A DNA stretch of 25,878 bases, taken from the NCBI GenBank assembly GCA_048884785.1, contig JBHLQM010000034.1, positions 8,870 to 34,747 of the forward strand. Direction: 5' to 3'. The stretch is from Candidatus Thorarchaeota archaeon. Lineage in GTDB: Archaea > Asgardarchaeota > Thorarchaeia > Thorarchaeales > Thorarchaeaceae. Below the pieces are notes generated by a model that made no database searches, had not been told where the DNA came from, and worked only from the letters and a program-made list of their open reading frames with translations. Position 1 is the stretch's first letter. Each line of letters opens with the position of its first letter. Shown piece after piece: positions 15,980-24,561 of this stretch. The translations under genes were made by a program, and so were the position numbers.

Positions 15980-17494
15980 ATGGACCCTCTTGGAACCATT
16001 ACGAAGTATTATCCATTCCTAGAAAAGGAAATACAAACTATTCTGGATTCCTTAATGAAGGAGTCAACCAGCTATTACGATTTTGTTCATAGACTTGCAC
16101 AATATGTCCTGGAAAACGAGGGGGATTTACATCTTGCATATCTTGCTGCAGTCCATGTGAGCAAGATACGTGAAACTGAACTCATACAAGATATCGCAAC
16201 CAAATACAGCAATACCCACCATGTGAAACTCTGGGGATACCGTCCTGGATTGGAATTGGACTCTCCCGGCTTGATAGGTCCCAGTCAATCAGGCGATAGG
16301 ATGGATCGGTTTAATAGAGAAGTCATGGAGGCATTGAGGAGCTCTAGTGAAGACTGGATTCAGACGGAGATTCTTATTTCTCAAGCTTGTTCTCTCAGCG
16401 GTTTCCCCTTTCAAGAAGCCCAAACAATCCTCGATCAGATTAGAAACTTAAGAGAAAAGAATGCAAATCTAAGATGTTTCGAGCCTCAGGTGTATTCGTT
16501 TGAGGGTTTCGCGAAGCGGAGAGAATTGCCCCCCGAAGACCTGGTGCCGATACTAGAGATGGGTCTATCCATTTCGAAGGAGTTTGGAGATACGCTAAGC
16601 GAGGTAGATATTCTGAGTACTATGGCGTGGGTTATGAGAGATCTTGATATTATGAAAGCGAGTACGCTGTATGAGGAGGCATACAGCCTTGCTCAGGACC
16701 TTGAGGTGCCTTTCCTGATAGCAGATGTCATGAGTGACACCGCCCTGGTGTACGAATTAACAGGGGAATATGACCTAGCTATTGCTTGTCATTTAGAAGG
16801 CATTGAGATATACAATCTTAGCCATCCGACGGTGCCCTATCTCATTCTCTCAAGAATATACTCTCGACTTGGGAATGGTCAGAAGGCTCTTAATTACGCA
16901 AATCGTGCAGCACTGTTATTGAGTGACATGACCTTTCCATCTTTTCATCTGCGACGTGCACGAGCTCTCATCCTGCTTGATAGACTTGAAGAGGCAGAGC
17001 ATCACCTTGAAGCAGCATATTCTCAAATTCTGAAGAGTGACTTGGAGATTTACTTGTCTAACTACTACCACATGTGTGGCCAATATGAGCAGGCAAAGGG
17101 TAATCTGCCTAACGCTCTCAACGAATTGGAGAAATCATTTGAGATAGAGGAGCGTCATCGCCGAGTTTTCTGGGGATTAGATGTGCTGTTCTCTTTGGCA
17201 GACGTGGAACAGTCGATTATTATGCAGTCAGGACAAGATGCCGATCTCTGCTTACCTGGGCCATGGATGACAAAACTTGAGACCCAGCTTAATGTGCACG
17301 GATTTCCTGGGTTGTTGATGCAGTTTGCTCTTCTTAAGTCGAAGTTCTATCAACATGCAGGGCAATACCTTGACGCGCGTCAGACCCTCGCGGATGCTCT
17401 GAAGCTATCAGACTCAAATGGCGTTCGGACATTGAGGCTTATGATAAAAGAGAAAATCTTTGAATTAGAACGTCTAATTCAGAAGTCAACTTGA
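15980..17494 (+). CDS. Tetratricopeptide repeat protein
   Basis: Repeated TPR-like helical pairs, e.g. 'ALVYELTGEYDLAIACHLEGIEI', 'SRIYSRLGNGQKALNYANRA' and 'GQYEQAKGNLPNALNELEKSFEI'. Confidence 0.8.
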   Translation: MDPLGTITKYYPFLEKEIQTILDSLMKESTSYYDFVHRLAQYVLENEGDLHLAYLAAVHVSKIRETELIQDIATKYSNTHHVKLWGYRPGLELDSPGLIGPSQSGDRMDRFNREVMEALRSSSEDWIQTEILISQACSLSGFPFQEAQTILDQIRNLREKNANLRCFEPQVYSFEGFAKRRELPPEDLVPILEMGLSISKEFGDTLSEVDILSTMAWVMRDLDIMKASTLYEEAYSLAQDLEVPFLIADVMSDTALVYELTGEYDLAIACHLEGIEIYNLSHPTVPYLILSRIYSRLGNGQKALNYANRAALLLSDMTFPSFHLRRARALILLDRLEEAEHHLEAAYSQILKSDLEIYLSNYYHMCGQYEQAKGNLPNALNELEKSFEIEERHRRVFWGLDVLFSLADVEQSIIMQSGQDADLCLPGPWMTKLETQLNVHGFPGLLMQFALLKSKFYQHAGQYLDARQTLADALKLSDSNGVRTLRLMIKEKIFELERLIQKST

Positions 17495-17610
17495 ATATGG
17501 AGTCATTGATTCTATTCTGAAAAAATGTGTATATAGCAATGATTTAAACGGCATGTATACCTATCCGGCCCACCCAAATACGTGGATATTCAATTCATTG
17601 GTGATATTGC

Positions 17611-18507
17611 ATGCAGGACTTGTTTTCGGATTTCGCGAATTTCATCGGCCTCCTTTTGGCACCCTTTGGTCTTAGTGGCTCTGCACGACTTGTGGCAATC
17701 ATTCCTTTCCTGATTGTCATTTATATTCTCTATCTTATCGTAATGCGTGCAATAACTATCTCTTTCAGGAAAGCAGGAATGCCGGCCGAGGCAACCAGCG
17801 GCGTCAAGCTAATGGTGAGACTATTGTTCTTTGCTTTTGGTCTCACAACCACTCTAGCAGCGACGACGGCCATTCCTGAAGCTACAATCATAACAGGTGG
17901 TGCATTATTCGGCACAGCTATTGGGCTTGCATTCTCTAAGGCCCTTTCCAATATGGTGAGTGGCTTCTATGTTCTTGGAGCGCGTCCTTTCCGTGTGGGT
18001 GACTATGTGAAGATTGGAGGCGTTGAGGGGATCGTACAAGAGATTACGCTGAATTACACCAGACTTCTGCAACCCGACTTCTCGATGGAATTTGTACCCA
18101 ACAGCAAAGTGGTAGACTCCCAGCTGACAAACTATCGAATCAGAGTGGATGATTTGCTGGAAGTGAAGGGTACTGAAATTCATGCAGACAAAGGATCCAG
18201 TGGGAAACTCAGGACGGCTATTGCTGGGTTCCGTTCTTTGACTAAGGGCACTGAGGTGCATCGATATACATTCGAAGTCAGTGTACACAAAGACTACAAT
18301 CTGGATAGAGTCCATGCCTATTTTGATGAGGTCTGTGAGAAATGGAAGAACGAATTTCTAGAGAAGCCAGAAGTGCTTTTCTGGGCCGAAGCAAACCTTG
18401 GGCTGGTCTATCGTGTTGCCTACATTGTAAATGACCCAATGGACATTCTTCGAAAAGGGTCAGACTTTCTTCATGAGATCTCCCGCTTTCAAGCGGCCAT
18501 CAAATGA
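17611..18507 (+). CDS. Small-conductance mechanosensitive channel (MscS family)
   Basis: TM3 'GALFGTAIGLAFSKALSNMVSGFYVLGARPFRVGDYVKIGGVEGIVQEITLNYTRL' and 'FVPNS'. Confidence 0.9.
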   Translation: MQDLFSDFANFIGLLLAPFGLSGSARLVAIIPFLIVIYILYLIVMRAITISFRKAGMPAEATSGVKLMVRLLFFAFGLTTTLAATTAIPEATIITGGALFGTAIGLAFSKALSNMVSGFYVLGARPFRVGDYVKIGGVEGIVQEITLNYTRLLQPDFSMEFVPNSKVVDSQLTNYRIRVDDLLEVKGTEIHADKGSSGKLRTAIAGFRSLTKGTEVHRYTFEVSVHKDYNLDRVHAYFDEVCEKWKNEFLEKPEVLFWAEANLGLVYRVAYIVNDPMDILRKGSDFLHEISRFQAAIK

Positions 18508-18589
18508 AGAAAATTCACAAACTGCTTCATCTACTGAAATCGAATACATTAATTGGAATCAGACCAATAGCATAGCATCTAATGTGGGA

Positions 18590-19474
18590 ATGGAGTGGAG
18601 TGCTGTGAGAAAACAGTGGTTCACTTGTGGAGTACTGATGATTTTGGCTCTTGGGGCCTGTGCAATCCCCACATGCACGGCCAATCTTGGCTCACTAAAT
18701 ATAGTTGAAATGTCTGGTATTTACACCAGTGATCCTGAGCTTGAGATGCCAAGTGCAAATGTGAGCATCCATATAGTTGAAATCGGCAACAGATTGTACT
18801 CAATCGAAATATCGTGTGTATTCAAAGTGGTGGCTCTCTCACTTCGAAACAGCACACTCGCATTTGTATATCCCACCACTTGGATAAACGAGTCTATCGC
18901 TTTTGAAGCTGAAAGGATGTTCAATATAACGCTCGATGACGAGTCAATCAACTATACACTGTCCACACGAGAAGACATTGAGGAGCAATTCGGAATCCCC
19001 GTCGATGGCTTGAATGTCGGTTTCGAAGGTCTTGCATTTGCTCAGTTCAATGTCACCCTCTCTCCGAACGGCACGCATTTCGCCAAGGTTGAAACATCCT
19101 TTACACAGGTTGCTGAAACCGACCGGTATCTGGTTCAGTACTTCTTTGGTAGTGCAAAAACCTTCTCAGGAAGTACTCAGGAGAGAGTATCCTTAGAGAT
19201 CAACCAGCAGAGCCAGCCTCTGGAATTGAACCTCTCCCCTGAATCCGGGCTTGTTATAATTGATTCAGGCTTGACAACTCGTGCAGAATGGGATTTCATA
19301 GTGAGTGATTTGGAGGAACATACGGTTTCTATCGAGTTTGTGTACTCATACCCTCCATACTATTATCATAACTATCTGTACGATTTCCTGATTATTGGCA
19401 TTCCATTGATAATCATGATTGGAATTGTCATTTATCGCAAAGGGAAACAGCATACTGAACCGGATTTTCAGTAG
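18590..19474 (+). CDS. Secreted / single-pass membrane-anchored protein (DUF4424-like beta-sandwich ectodomain, tentative)
   Basis: Signal peptide 'RKQWFTCGVLMILALGACA', many N-x-S/T sequons and a C-terminal TM followed by a basic stop-transfer. Start is ATG 18590 or GTG 18605; the ORF start at 18431 overlaps the MscS gene. Confidence 0.7.
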   Translation: MEWSAVRKQWFTCGVLMILALGACAIPTCTANLGSLNIVEMSGIYTSDPELEMPSANVSIHIVEIGNRLYSIEISCVFKVVALSLRNSTLAFVYPTTWINESIAFEAERMFNITLDDESINYTLSTREDIEEQFGIPVDGLNVGFEGLAFAQFNVTLSPNGTHFAKVETSFTQVAETDRYLVQYFFGSAKTFSGSTQERVSLEINQQSQPLELNLSPESGLVIIDSGLTTRAEWDFIVSDLEEHTVSIEFVYSYPPYYYHNYLYDFLIIGIPLIIMIGIVIYRKGKQHTEPDFQ

Positions 19475-19558
19475 ATGTTTTTAGAATTGGCATCGATATT
19501 TGGCACTATATCTGGAATTGGCGAGTTATCGCTATCCTGCATTTCTACAGTTCAGTCA

Positions 19559-19951
19559 CTAGGTCTTCGTAGTGAAGTACACATAAAGGAATAGGACTGA
19601 GAAGAGAGCTAGTAGGCCAACCAGCGCCCATGCAACTACTGGAAGGGTTATAGTAAGGGCATTCCAGATCATTGCTACCGCACCAAGGATGTTGAAGACG
19701 AGTTCCATTATGACATAGATCTCAACCTGTTCCCATGTGGACTTCATGTATGCCAGAAGTGAACCAACGGCCATCACGAGCGTGGCCATACCAACAATGC
19801 GACCAGATGCAACCTCATCTGGCCATCCTGTCAGCGAGTTCCAATATTCTGGCATCAAGAACCAGAAGGCTCCGAAGACTAGCGCGACTATGAAGTGTAG
19901 CAGGAAGATATACTTTGCTAACTTTGGTATCTCTCCAGCCATCTTACTCAC
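19559..19951 (-). CDS. Four-TM small membrane protein, hypothetical
   Basis: Four hydrophobic helices. True start is probably ATG 19942. Confidence 0.75.
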   Translation of the reverse strand: MSKMAGEIPKLAKYIFLLHFIVALVFGAFWFLMPEYWNSLTGWPDEVASGRIVGMATLVMAVGSLLAYMKSTWEQVEIYVIMELVFNILGAVAMIWNALTITLPVVAWALVGLLALFSVLFLYVYFTTKT

Positions 19952-20011
19952 GCGCCCAAAATATGCTGAAATCTTCCAATAGCTTTCTTATCTAACTTTC
20001 TACACACAGGA

Positions 20012-20314
20012 CTATTCTATGCCTCTTGCAGCGCGCATTTTCTTATCTTCTTCATACTTCTCTTTGAATTGCAGCTGGATATTGAAATAGCTGGCTTCAT
20101 AGACTTGATAGTTATTATCTGAATCAAATCCCCATCCGTCCCAATCAACAATCATATTCATTATCCTTTCATATATCTCGATAATCTCAGGATAGGGACA
20201 TGCTAAATCCAGATTTCCGTTTCTTATAGCATCTTCATATTCCTTTGCCAATCTCTGAGCTCTTTCATGCAAGAGATTGATCTCGGGAAATGGATCTGGT
20301 TTCGTTCCCTTCAT
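20012..20314 (-). CDS. Hypothetical 100-aa helical protein
   Basis: Fills the intergenic gap, has a GGTGGTGAG RBS upstream and a protein-like composition. Confidence 0.65.
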   Translation of the reverse strand: MKGTKPDPFPEINLLHERAQRLAKEYEDAIRNGNLDLACPYPEIIEIYERIMNMIVDWDGWGFDSDNNYQVYEASYFNIQLQFKEKYEEDKKMRAARGIE

Positions 20315-20473
20315 CCTGACTCACCACCATCCAATACTGTCGCCATTAACTAATGAGACTACGGCCACTAATACTTTCTCTCAGTAGCATCACCATCGAA
20401 CCCTCTGCATTGGCTTTGACCATAGATACTTCTGGTATGAATACCTATCTCATCTTATAAGAGTCTGAATCAG

Positions 20474-21109
20474 ATGAGAACCCTCAAAGAAAGAGAGATC
20501 CCTGCAGCTGTTGAGATTGCTGCCGAGGCCTCTAAAGATGATCCATACTGGGTGTTTATAGAGCCGGATCCAGCAAGCAGAATCCAGCTGATGCGTAGAT
20601 TTCTGAAGGCCAATCTACAGACCGAATGTGCAAAGGGAAATCTGATGGGGGTTGGAAATCCATTGCAGGGAATTGCGGTCTGGGCTTTTCCCAAATCAAC
20701 CAAACCAGCTAGAGCCTCTCGACATCTGAAATCTCTTAGCTATCTTCGCCTGCTTTCCAAATCTACCATTGCAATGATTCCAAAGGCGATTAGGGTAGTT
20801 TGGGAATACAGAACTATGAGAGCAAGGCATGCTGTGCATCCATTCTATCACCTCATCCTCATCGCAGTGGCACCCTCAAGCCAGGGGCGGGGTTTGGCAA
20901 GCAAATTGATTCGACCGGTATTGGATATGGCGGACAAGAGGGAGATTGGAGCATATGTGGAGACCACGAATCCACGTAATGTTACATTCTATGAGCATTT
21001 TGGATTTGCATTGAAAGGAATGTTCTCAATACCTGGCTGCCCAGTTAGAGGATGGGGTTTCTATCGTTCACCAAAGGAAATCATGGGAATTTGTAACCCA
21101 GAATTCTAG
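20474..21109 (+). CDS. GNAT N-acetyltransferase (puromycin N-acetyltransferase-like subfamily)
   Basis: 'YHLILIAVAPSSQGRGLASKLI..VLDMAD....AYVETTNPRNVTFYEHFGF'. Confidence 0.9.
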   Translation: MRTLKEREIPAAVEIAAEASKDDPYWVFIEPDPASRIQLMRRFLKANLQTECAKGNLMGVGNPLQGIAVWAFPKSTKPARASRHLKSLSYLRLLSKSTIAMIPKAIRVVWEYRTMRARHAVHPFYHLILIAVAPSSQGRGLASKLIRPVLDMADKREIGAYVETTNPRNVTFYEHFGFALKGMFSIPGCPVRGWGFYRSPKEIMGICNPEF

Positions 21110-21166
21110 TATATATCAATCTCTATATTAGGGGGATTGACTTTAGTTACCTTTTGATGGTCTTTT

Positions 21167-22057
21167 ATGTACGGATATGAAGATCTAAAATCAGGTCTAT
21201 CTATGGCAAGGAGTAAGGTCTTAACCTTCTTTCTTGCTATCATAGGCATTTTTGTTATTTTGGGCTTGGTCTTTGTTGTGATAACTCTGCCAATTGGTCT
21301 TGCCATCTGGCTTCTAGATCCTACAGGCGATTTCATCACAGCTTGGGTTGAGACAATGGTTGCATGGACCCTTCCACTCTCCTCAGGCAATGTGGCGATT
21401 ATTCTCTCTGTTTCTTTCCTTGTGATCATTATACCTATGACCGCGCTGGGAATATGGATACTGGGAGCGCTTTTTGGCATCGCAAAGGAGTATATCGATA
21501 CAAATGACACACGGGTTGAGCATGCATTCACTTGGTTGAGAAAGAAGTTCGGTCCTCTAATGGTGGGTGGTGTACTTCTGGCGGTCATTATCGGCTTGCC
21601 CGCAATGATTGTTGGCTACCTCATAAGCTGGGCCTATGGCTTTGGGACAATTCCATGGCCAGTTGATTGGATTGAAGGTATTCTTGGATTTGTCTACTTC
21701 TTCATCATGCTAGGTTTCTTCTCTTTTGTATGTCCTGCAATTATTGATGATGTCGGTGCAGTAGATTCATTAAAACTATCATACAAGATGGTGCGTGCAA
21801 ACATGGCTAGAGTGTTCGGATTCCTCCTACTGATAGTCATTGTAGCATTCATCTTCGTTGGGCCGATAGGTTTGTACTCAGTCTATCTGACATATTTAGG
21901 GCTAATTCCCAATCCAATGACTGATGTGTTCTTTGGAGTGCTAACAGCGTGGGCAGCGATTGGGGTCTTTATCTTCGTGCTCTTCTTCCTCCCCGCACTT
22001 ATCTTTGGTCTAACCCGAATCTATAACTCAATCAAGGGTGCCGCACCCACTCAGTAA
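21167..22057 (+). CDS. Polytopic membrane protein (DUF975 / glycerophosphodiester phosphodiesterase membrane-domain-like)
   Basis: Six to seven TM helices and the motif 'PAIIDDVGAVDSLKLSYKMVRAN..RVFG'. Confidence 0.7.
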   Translation: MYGYEDLKSGLSMARSKVLTFFLAIIGIFVILGLVFVVITLPIGLAIWLLDPTGDFITAWVETMVAWTLPLSSGNVAIILSVSFLVIIIPMTALGIWILGALFGIAKEYIDTNDTRVEHAFTWLRKKFGPLMVGGVLLAVIIGLPAMIVGYLISWAYGFGTIPWPVDWIEGILGFVYFFIMLGFFSFVCPAIIDDVGAVDSLKLSYKMVRANMARVFGFLLLIVIVAFIFVGPIGLYSVYLTYLGLIPNPMTDVFFGVLTAWAAIGVFIFVLFFLPALIFGLTRIYNSIKGAAPTQ

Positions 22058-22076
22058 CATAGATTTCTTTGAAATC

Positions 22077-22116
22077 AGAGCACTGCCATCGTGCGGTGCT
22101 CTCTTCATTCTTTTTT
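22077..22116 (+). terminator. Hairpin plus T-tract terminator-like element
   Basis: AGAGCACTGC-catcgt-GCGGTGCTCT forms a 10-bp stem with one G-U on the + strand. It is followed by CTTCATTCTTTTTT and starts 20 nt after the stop at 22057. Confidence 0.6.
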
Positions 22117-22310
22117 CGTACACACTCGTTGATCACATCCGGCGAGCTACCCACCTCGTCTATGCTTGTAGAGTGCAGTCGTGACACTGTGTGCCTAATC
22201 GCTGGGCTGCAGCTTCTTTGACTTTCAAAATAGTAACTTTTCCCAGAGACTTTATTAGAATCTGTAATCAACCAGTTTGGAGAAACTTCTGAGGGGCAGA
22301 TGGATACAAT

Positions 22311-22832
22311 ATGAGTATTCTAAGAAGAAGGGTTCGTCAGGTAGTTCCAGTATGGGTGCTTGCAGTTGTTTGCATTGGTCTTGCAGCAGGTGCTTATATC
22401 TGGATATCAAACATAGCATCAAACAATGTGCAGGTCACGGATAATCCAATAGAGTTAGTCGGCCAATTTGAAACTCCAGTCTTTGTCGACGTTATTTCTA
22501 CGTCAACAATAAACTACACCATCAACGATCCGGGTCGTTGTACAGGGTACATATATCTAGAATTCCATGTTTCAGGGCTAGTTCTTGACGGTGACGAGAT
22601 ATATCAGCTTGTGAGAGTATATCCGGATGGAGTTTCCGCAATTATCACCACAACATTAAGAACGGATGTTTATTCGAATGCCATAATCTACATTCTGGCC
22701 GACGATTCTGGGGGTCCAATTGATTTTGGCTTTTTTGGCGGTGCAACAAAAGGACAGATTGAAGCCCTGATTGTTTATCATGTGTCTTGGCTATGGACGG
22801 TGACTATGACCATAACAGAAACAGCATCCTAA
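22311..22832 (+). CDS. Secreted / N-terminally anchored beta-rich hypothetical protein
   Basis: Basic N-terminus 'RRRVRQ' followed by a hydrophobic helix, then a beta-strand-rich domain. Confidence 0.7.
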   Translation: MSILRRRVRQVVPVWVLAVVCIGLAAGAYIWISNIASNNVQVTDNPIELVGQFETPVFVDVISTSTINYTINDPGRCTGYIYLEFHVSGLVLDGDEIYQLVRVYPDGVSAIITTTLRTDVYSNAIIYILADDSGGPIDFGFFGGATKGQIEALIVYHVSWLWTVTMTITETAS

Positions 22833-22929
22833 TAGCTCATGCCTTTGTTCTTTGGCATCTGTCTAAAAGAGGGGGAGCATCCTATACATGAAATGCTATC
22901 ATATCACCCACACATACGACCATGTGGCT

Positions 22930-23472
22930 TCAAATCGTCCTCATCTGGAAGAGCTCTCTCTCTAGCTCCTTCATCCTCTCATTGAACCTCTTGTTGAAAT
23001 CCATCAGTAGGTCGAGATAGGTACTGAACCAGGCCTCAAAGACAGTGACCACCTCTAACAGTCTCTTTCCACCATCACTATCCTTTACTTTCTCAGGCAA
23101 ATCCTTCCACTCACTCAGAATGAGCTCAATGACCTCGAGTTTGCCCCTGAGGAACATCTCTGAGATATCCATGGATCGTTTGAATTCATCAAAGAATGGT
23201 AACGTACGACCACCATACAATTGGGTGCGAGACCCTGGTGTGGATTCTTTCGTGATCATTCCACGCTGTTCCAGATTGGTCAGATATCTGGAGATCTGCG
23301 AGCGGGAGTATCCTGTGATATTCGAGATCTCCTCCTGGGTCAATGGTTTTGGGGAAAGTACCACCATTGCAAAGATGCGGGCGATAATTGGTTCTGTGCC
23401 CCTAAACTTCACCAAGTCCTCCATGATTCCTGTGAAGGCACTTCGCATTCTTTCATACTTGTCAGCTGTCAT
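22930..23472 (-). CDS. GbsR/MarR-family winged-HTH transcriptional regulator
   Basis: 'ARIFAMVVLSPKPLTQEEISNITGYSRSQISRYLTNLEQRGMITKESTPGSRTQLY' followed by a long C-terminal helical region. Confidence 0.85.
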   Translation of the reverse strand: MTADKYERMRSAFTGIMEDLVKFRGTEPIIARIFAMVVLSPKPLTQEEISNITGYSRSQISRYLTNLEQRGMITKESTPGSRTQLYGGRTLPFFDEFKRSMDISEMFLRGKLEVIELILSEWKDLPEKVKDSDGGKRLLEVVTVFEAWFSTYLDLLMDFNKRFNERMKELERELFQMRTI

Positions 23473-23493
23473 TGTCTATCACTCATCGTCTTC

Positions 23494-23557
23494 CTTTTTA
23501 TAGATTTGCAAAAATGCATTATTTTGCGTAATTTGCGTAACTATGAAAATTTATAAG
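23494..23557. promoter_or_regulatory. Back-to-back TATA boxes flanking 9-bp repeats; candidate operator
   Basis: Minus-strand CTATAAAAAG (23503-23494) and plus-strand TTTATAAG (23550-23557). TTTGCAAAA at 23505 and TTTGCGTAA at 23523 and 23532. Confidence 0.55.
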
Positions 23558-23580
23558 CATTCTACACCTACCATTAAAGT

Positions 23581-24543
23581 ATGTCAGAAATTGAAGAGAA
23601 ACAATTCAACACTGGCGAGATAACGATAAACTATGCAGTAGGACCAGACAATGGTCCCCCGCTCGTTCTCATCCCTGGTCAAGGAGCCGATTGGACAAAT
23701 TATCAGAACTCTATACCATTATTGATCAATGACTTCCAGGTCTATGCGGTCGATGTCCGTGGACACGGAAGGTCTGACTGGAAGACTGGAGATTATTCAT
23801 GGAACTCTATCGGCCGAGACATGTCTGCCTTCTTAGAACAAGTAGTGAAGGAGCCAGCAATCATCTCCGGGAACTCATCTGGTGGCCTCATTGCACTATG
23901 GCTAGCAGTGAACAAGCCCGAGAGCGTCAGGGCGATTATCTTGGAGGATCCCCCTCTGTTTTCGGCAGAATGGCCTAGAATCAAGCAAGAGTATGTCTAC
24001 AAAGTACTCCAGATCTCAGTAGATATGAGCCATGAACTCACCAACTCCAGAAGTATTGGTGGTCTGGCAAGGACATTCACGAAGATAAGCCGGCCTTTGG
24101 AGAATGGCAAGATTCGCAAAATACCGCGGTCCGCAGCCTACTTCATCTCATTCCTCATCAGAGCATCACAGAAGCTGAAGGGTGGCAAGCCATCTCTCCC
24201 TGGTACATTAGGAAAGATTCTGGAGGTCATGACTACCTATGACCCAGACTTCTCTCAGGCCTTCGTTGATGGGCGCATATACGAGGGTCTGGACCACGCT
24301 GATGCGCTTCAACGCTCAGAGCGTCCAATGCTGTTGATCCATGCGAACTGGCACAGGCATCCTGAGTATGGACTTGTTGGTGCCATGGATGATGATGATG
24401 CAGCCAGAGCTCGAGAGCTCTCCCCTGAGATGAAGTTCAAACGGATTGACTCTGTGCATGTGATACACTCACACAATCCAGAGGTTTATGCTGAGGCGGT
24501 CTTGGAATTTGTAGGGCAGCTTATCTCATCACAGTTGCATTGA
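23581..24543 (+). CDS. Alpha/beta fold hydrolase
   Basis: Motifs 'PLVLIPGQ', 'VYAVDVRGHGRS', nucleophile elbow 'GNSSGG', 'LEDPP' and a catalytic His in 'SVHVIH'. Confidence 0.9.
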   Translation: MSEIEEKQFNTGEITINYAVGPDNGPPLVLIPGQGADWTNYQNSIPLLINDFQVYAVDVRGHGRSDWKTGDYSWNSIGRDMSAFLEQVVKEPAIISGNSSGGLIALWLAVNKPESVRAIILEDPPLFSAEWPRIKQEYVYKVLQISVDMSHELTNSRSIGGLARTFTKISRPLENGKIRKIPRSAAYFISFLIRASQKLKGGKPSLPGTLGKILEVMTTYDPDFSQAFVDGRIYEGLDHADALQRSERPMLLIHANWHRHPEYGLVGAMDDDDAARARELSPEMKFKRIDSVHVIHSHNPEVYAEAVLEFVGQLISSQLH

Positions 24544-24561
24544 GCCTATGGTGAACTAAGA

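Noticed and set aside
18431-18589. Upstream extension of the surface protein overlapping the MscS gene
   Set aside because: The signal peptide begins only at about aa 54-59, and a 77-nt overlap is unlikely.
22032-22271. 79-aa minus-strand ORF in the largest intergenic gap
   Set aside because: It has a TTG start and no motif, and it overlaps a terminator-like hairpin and the previous gene's 3' end.
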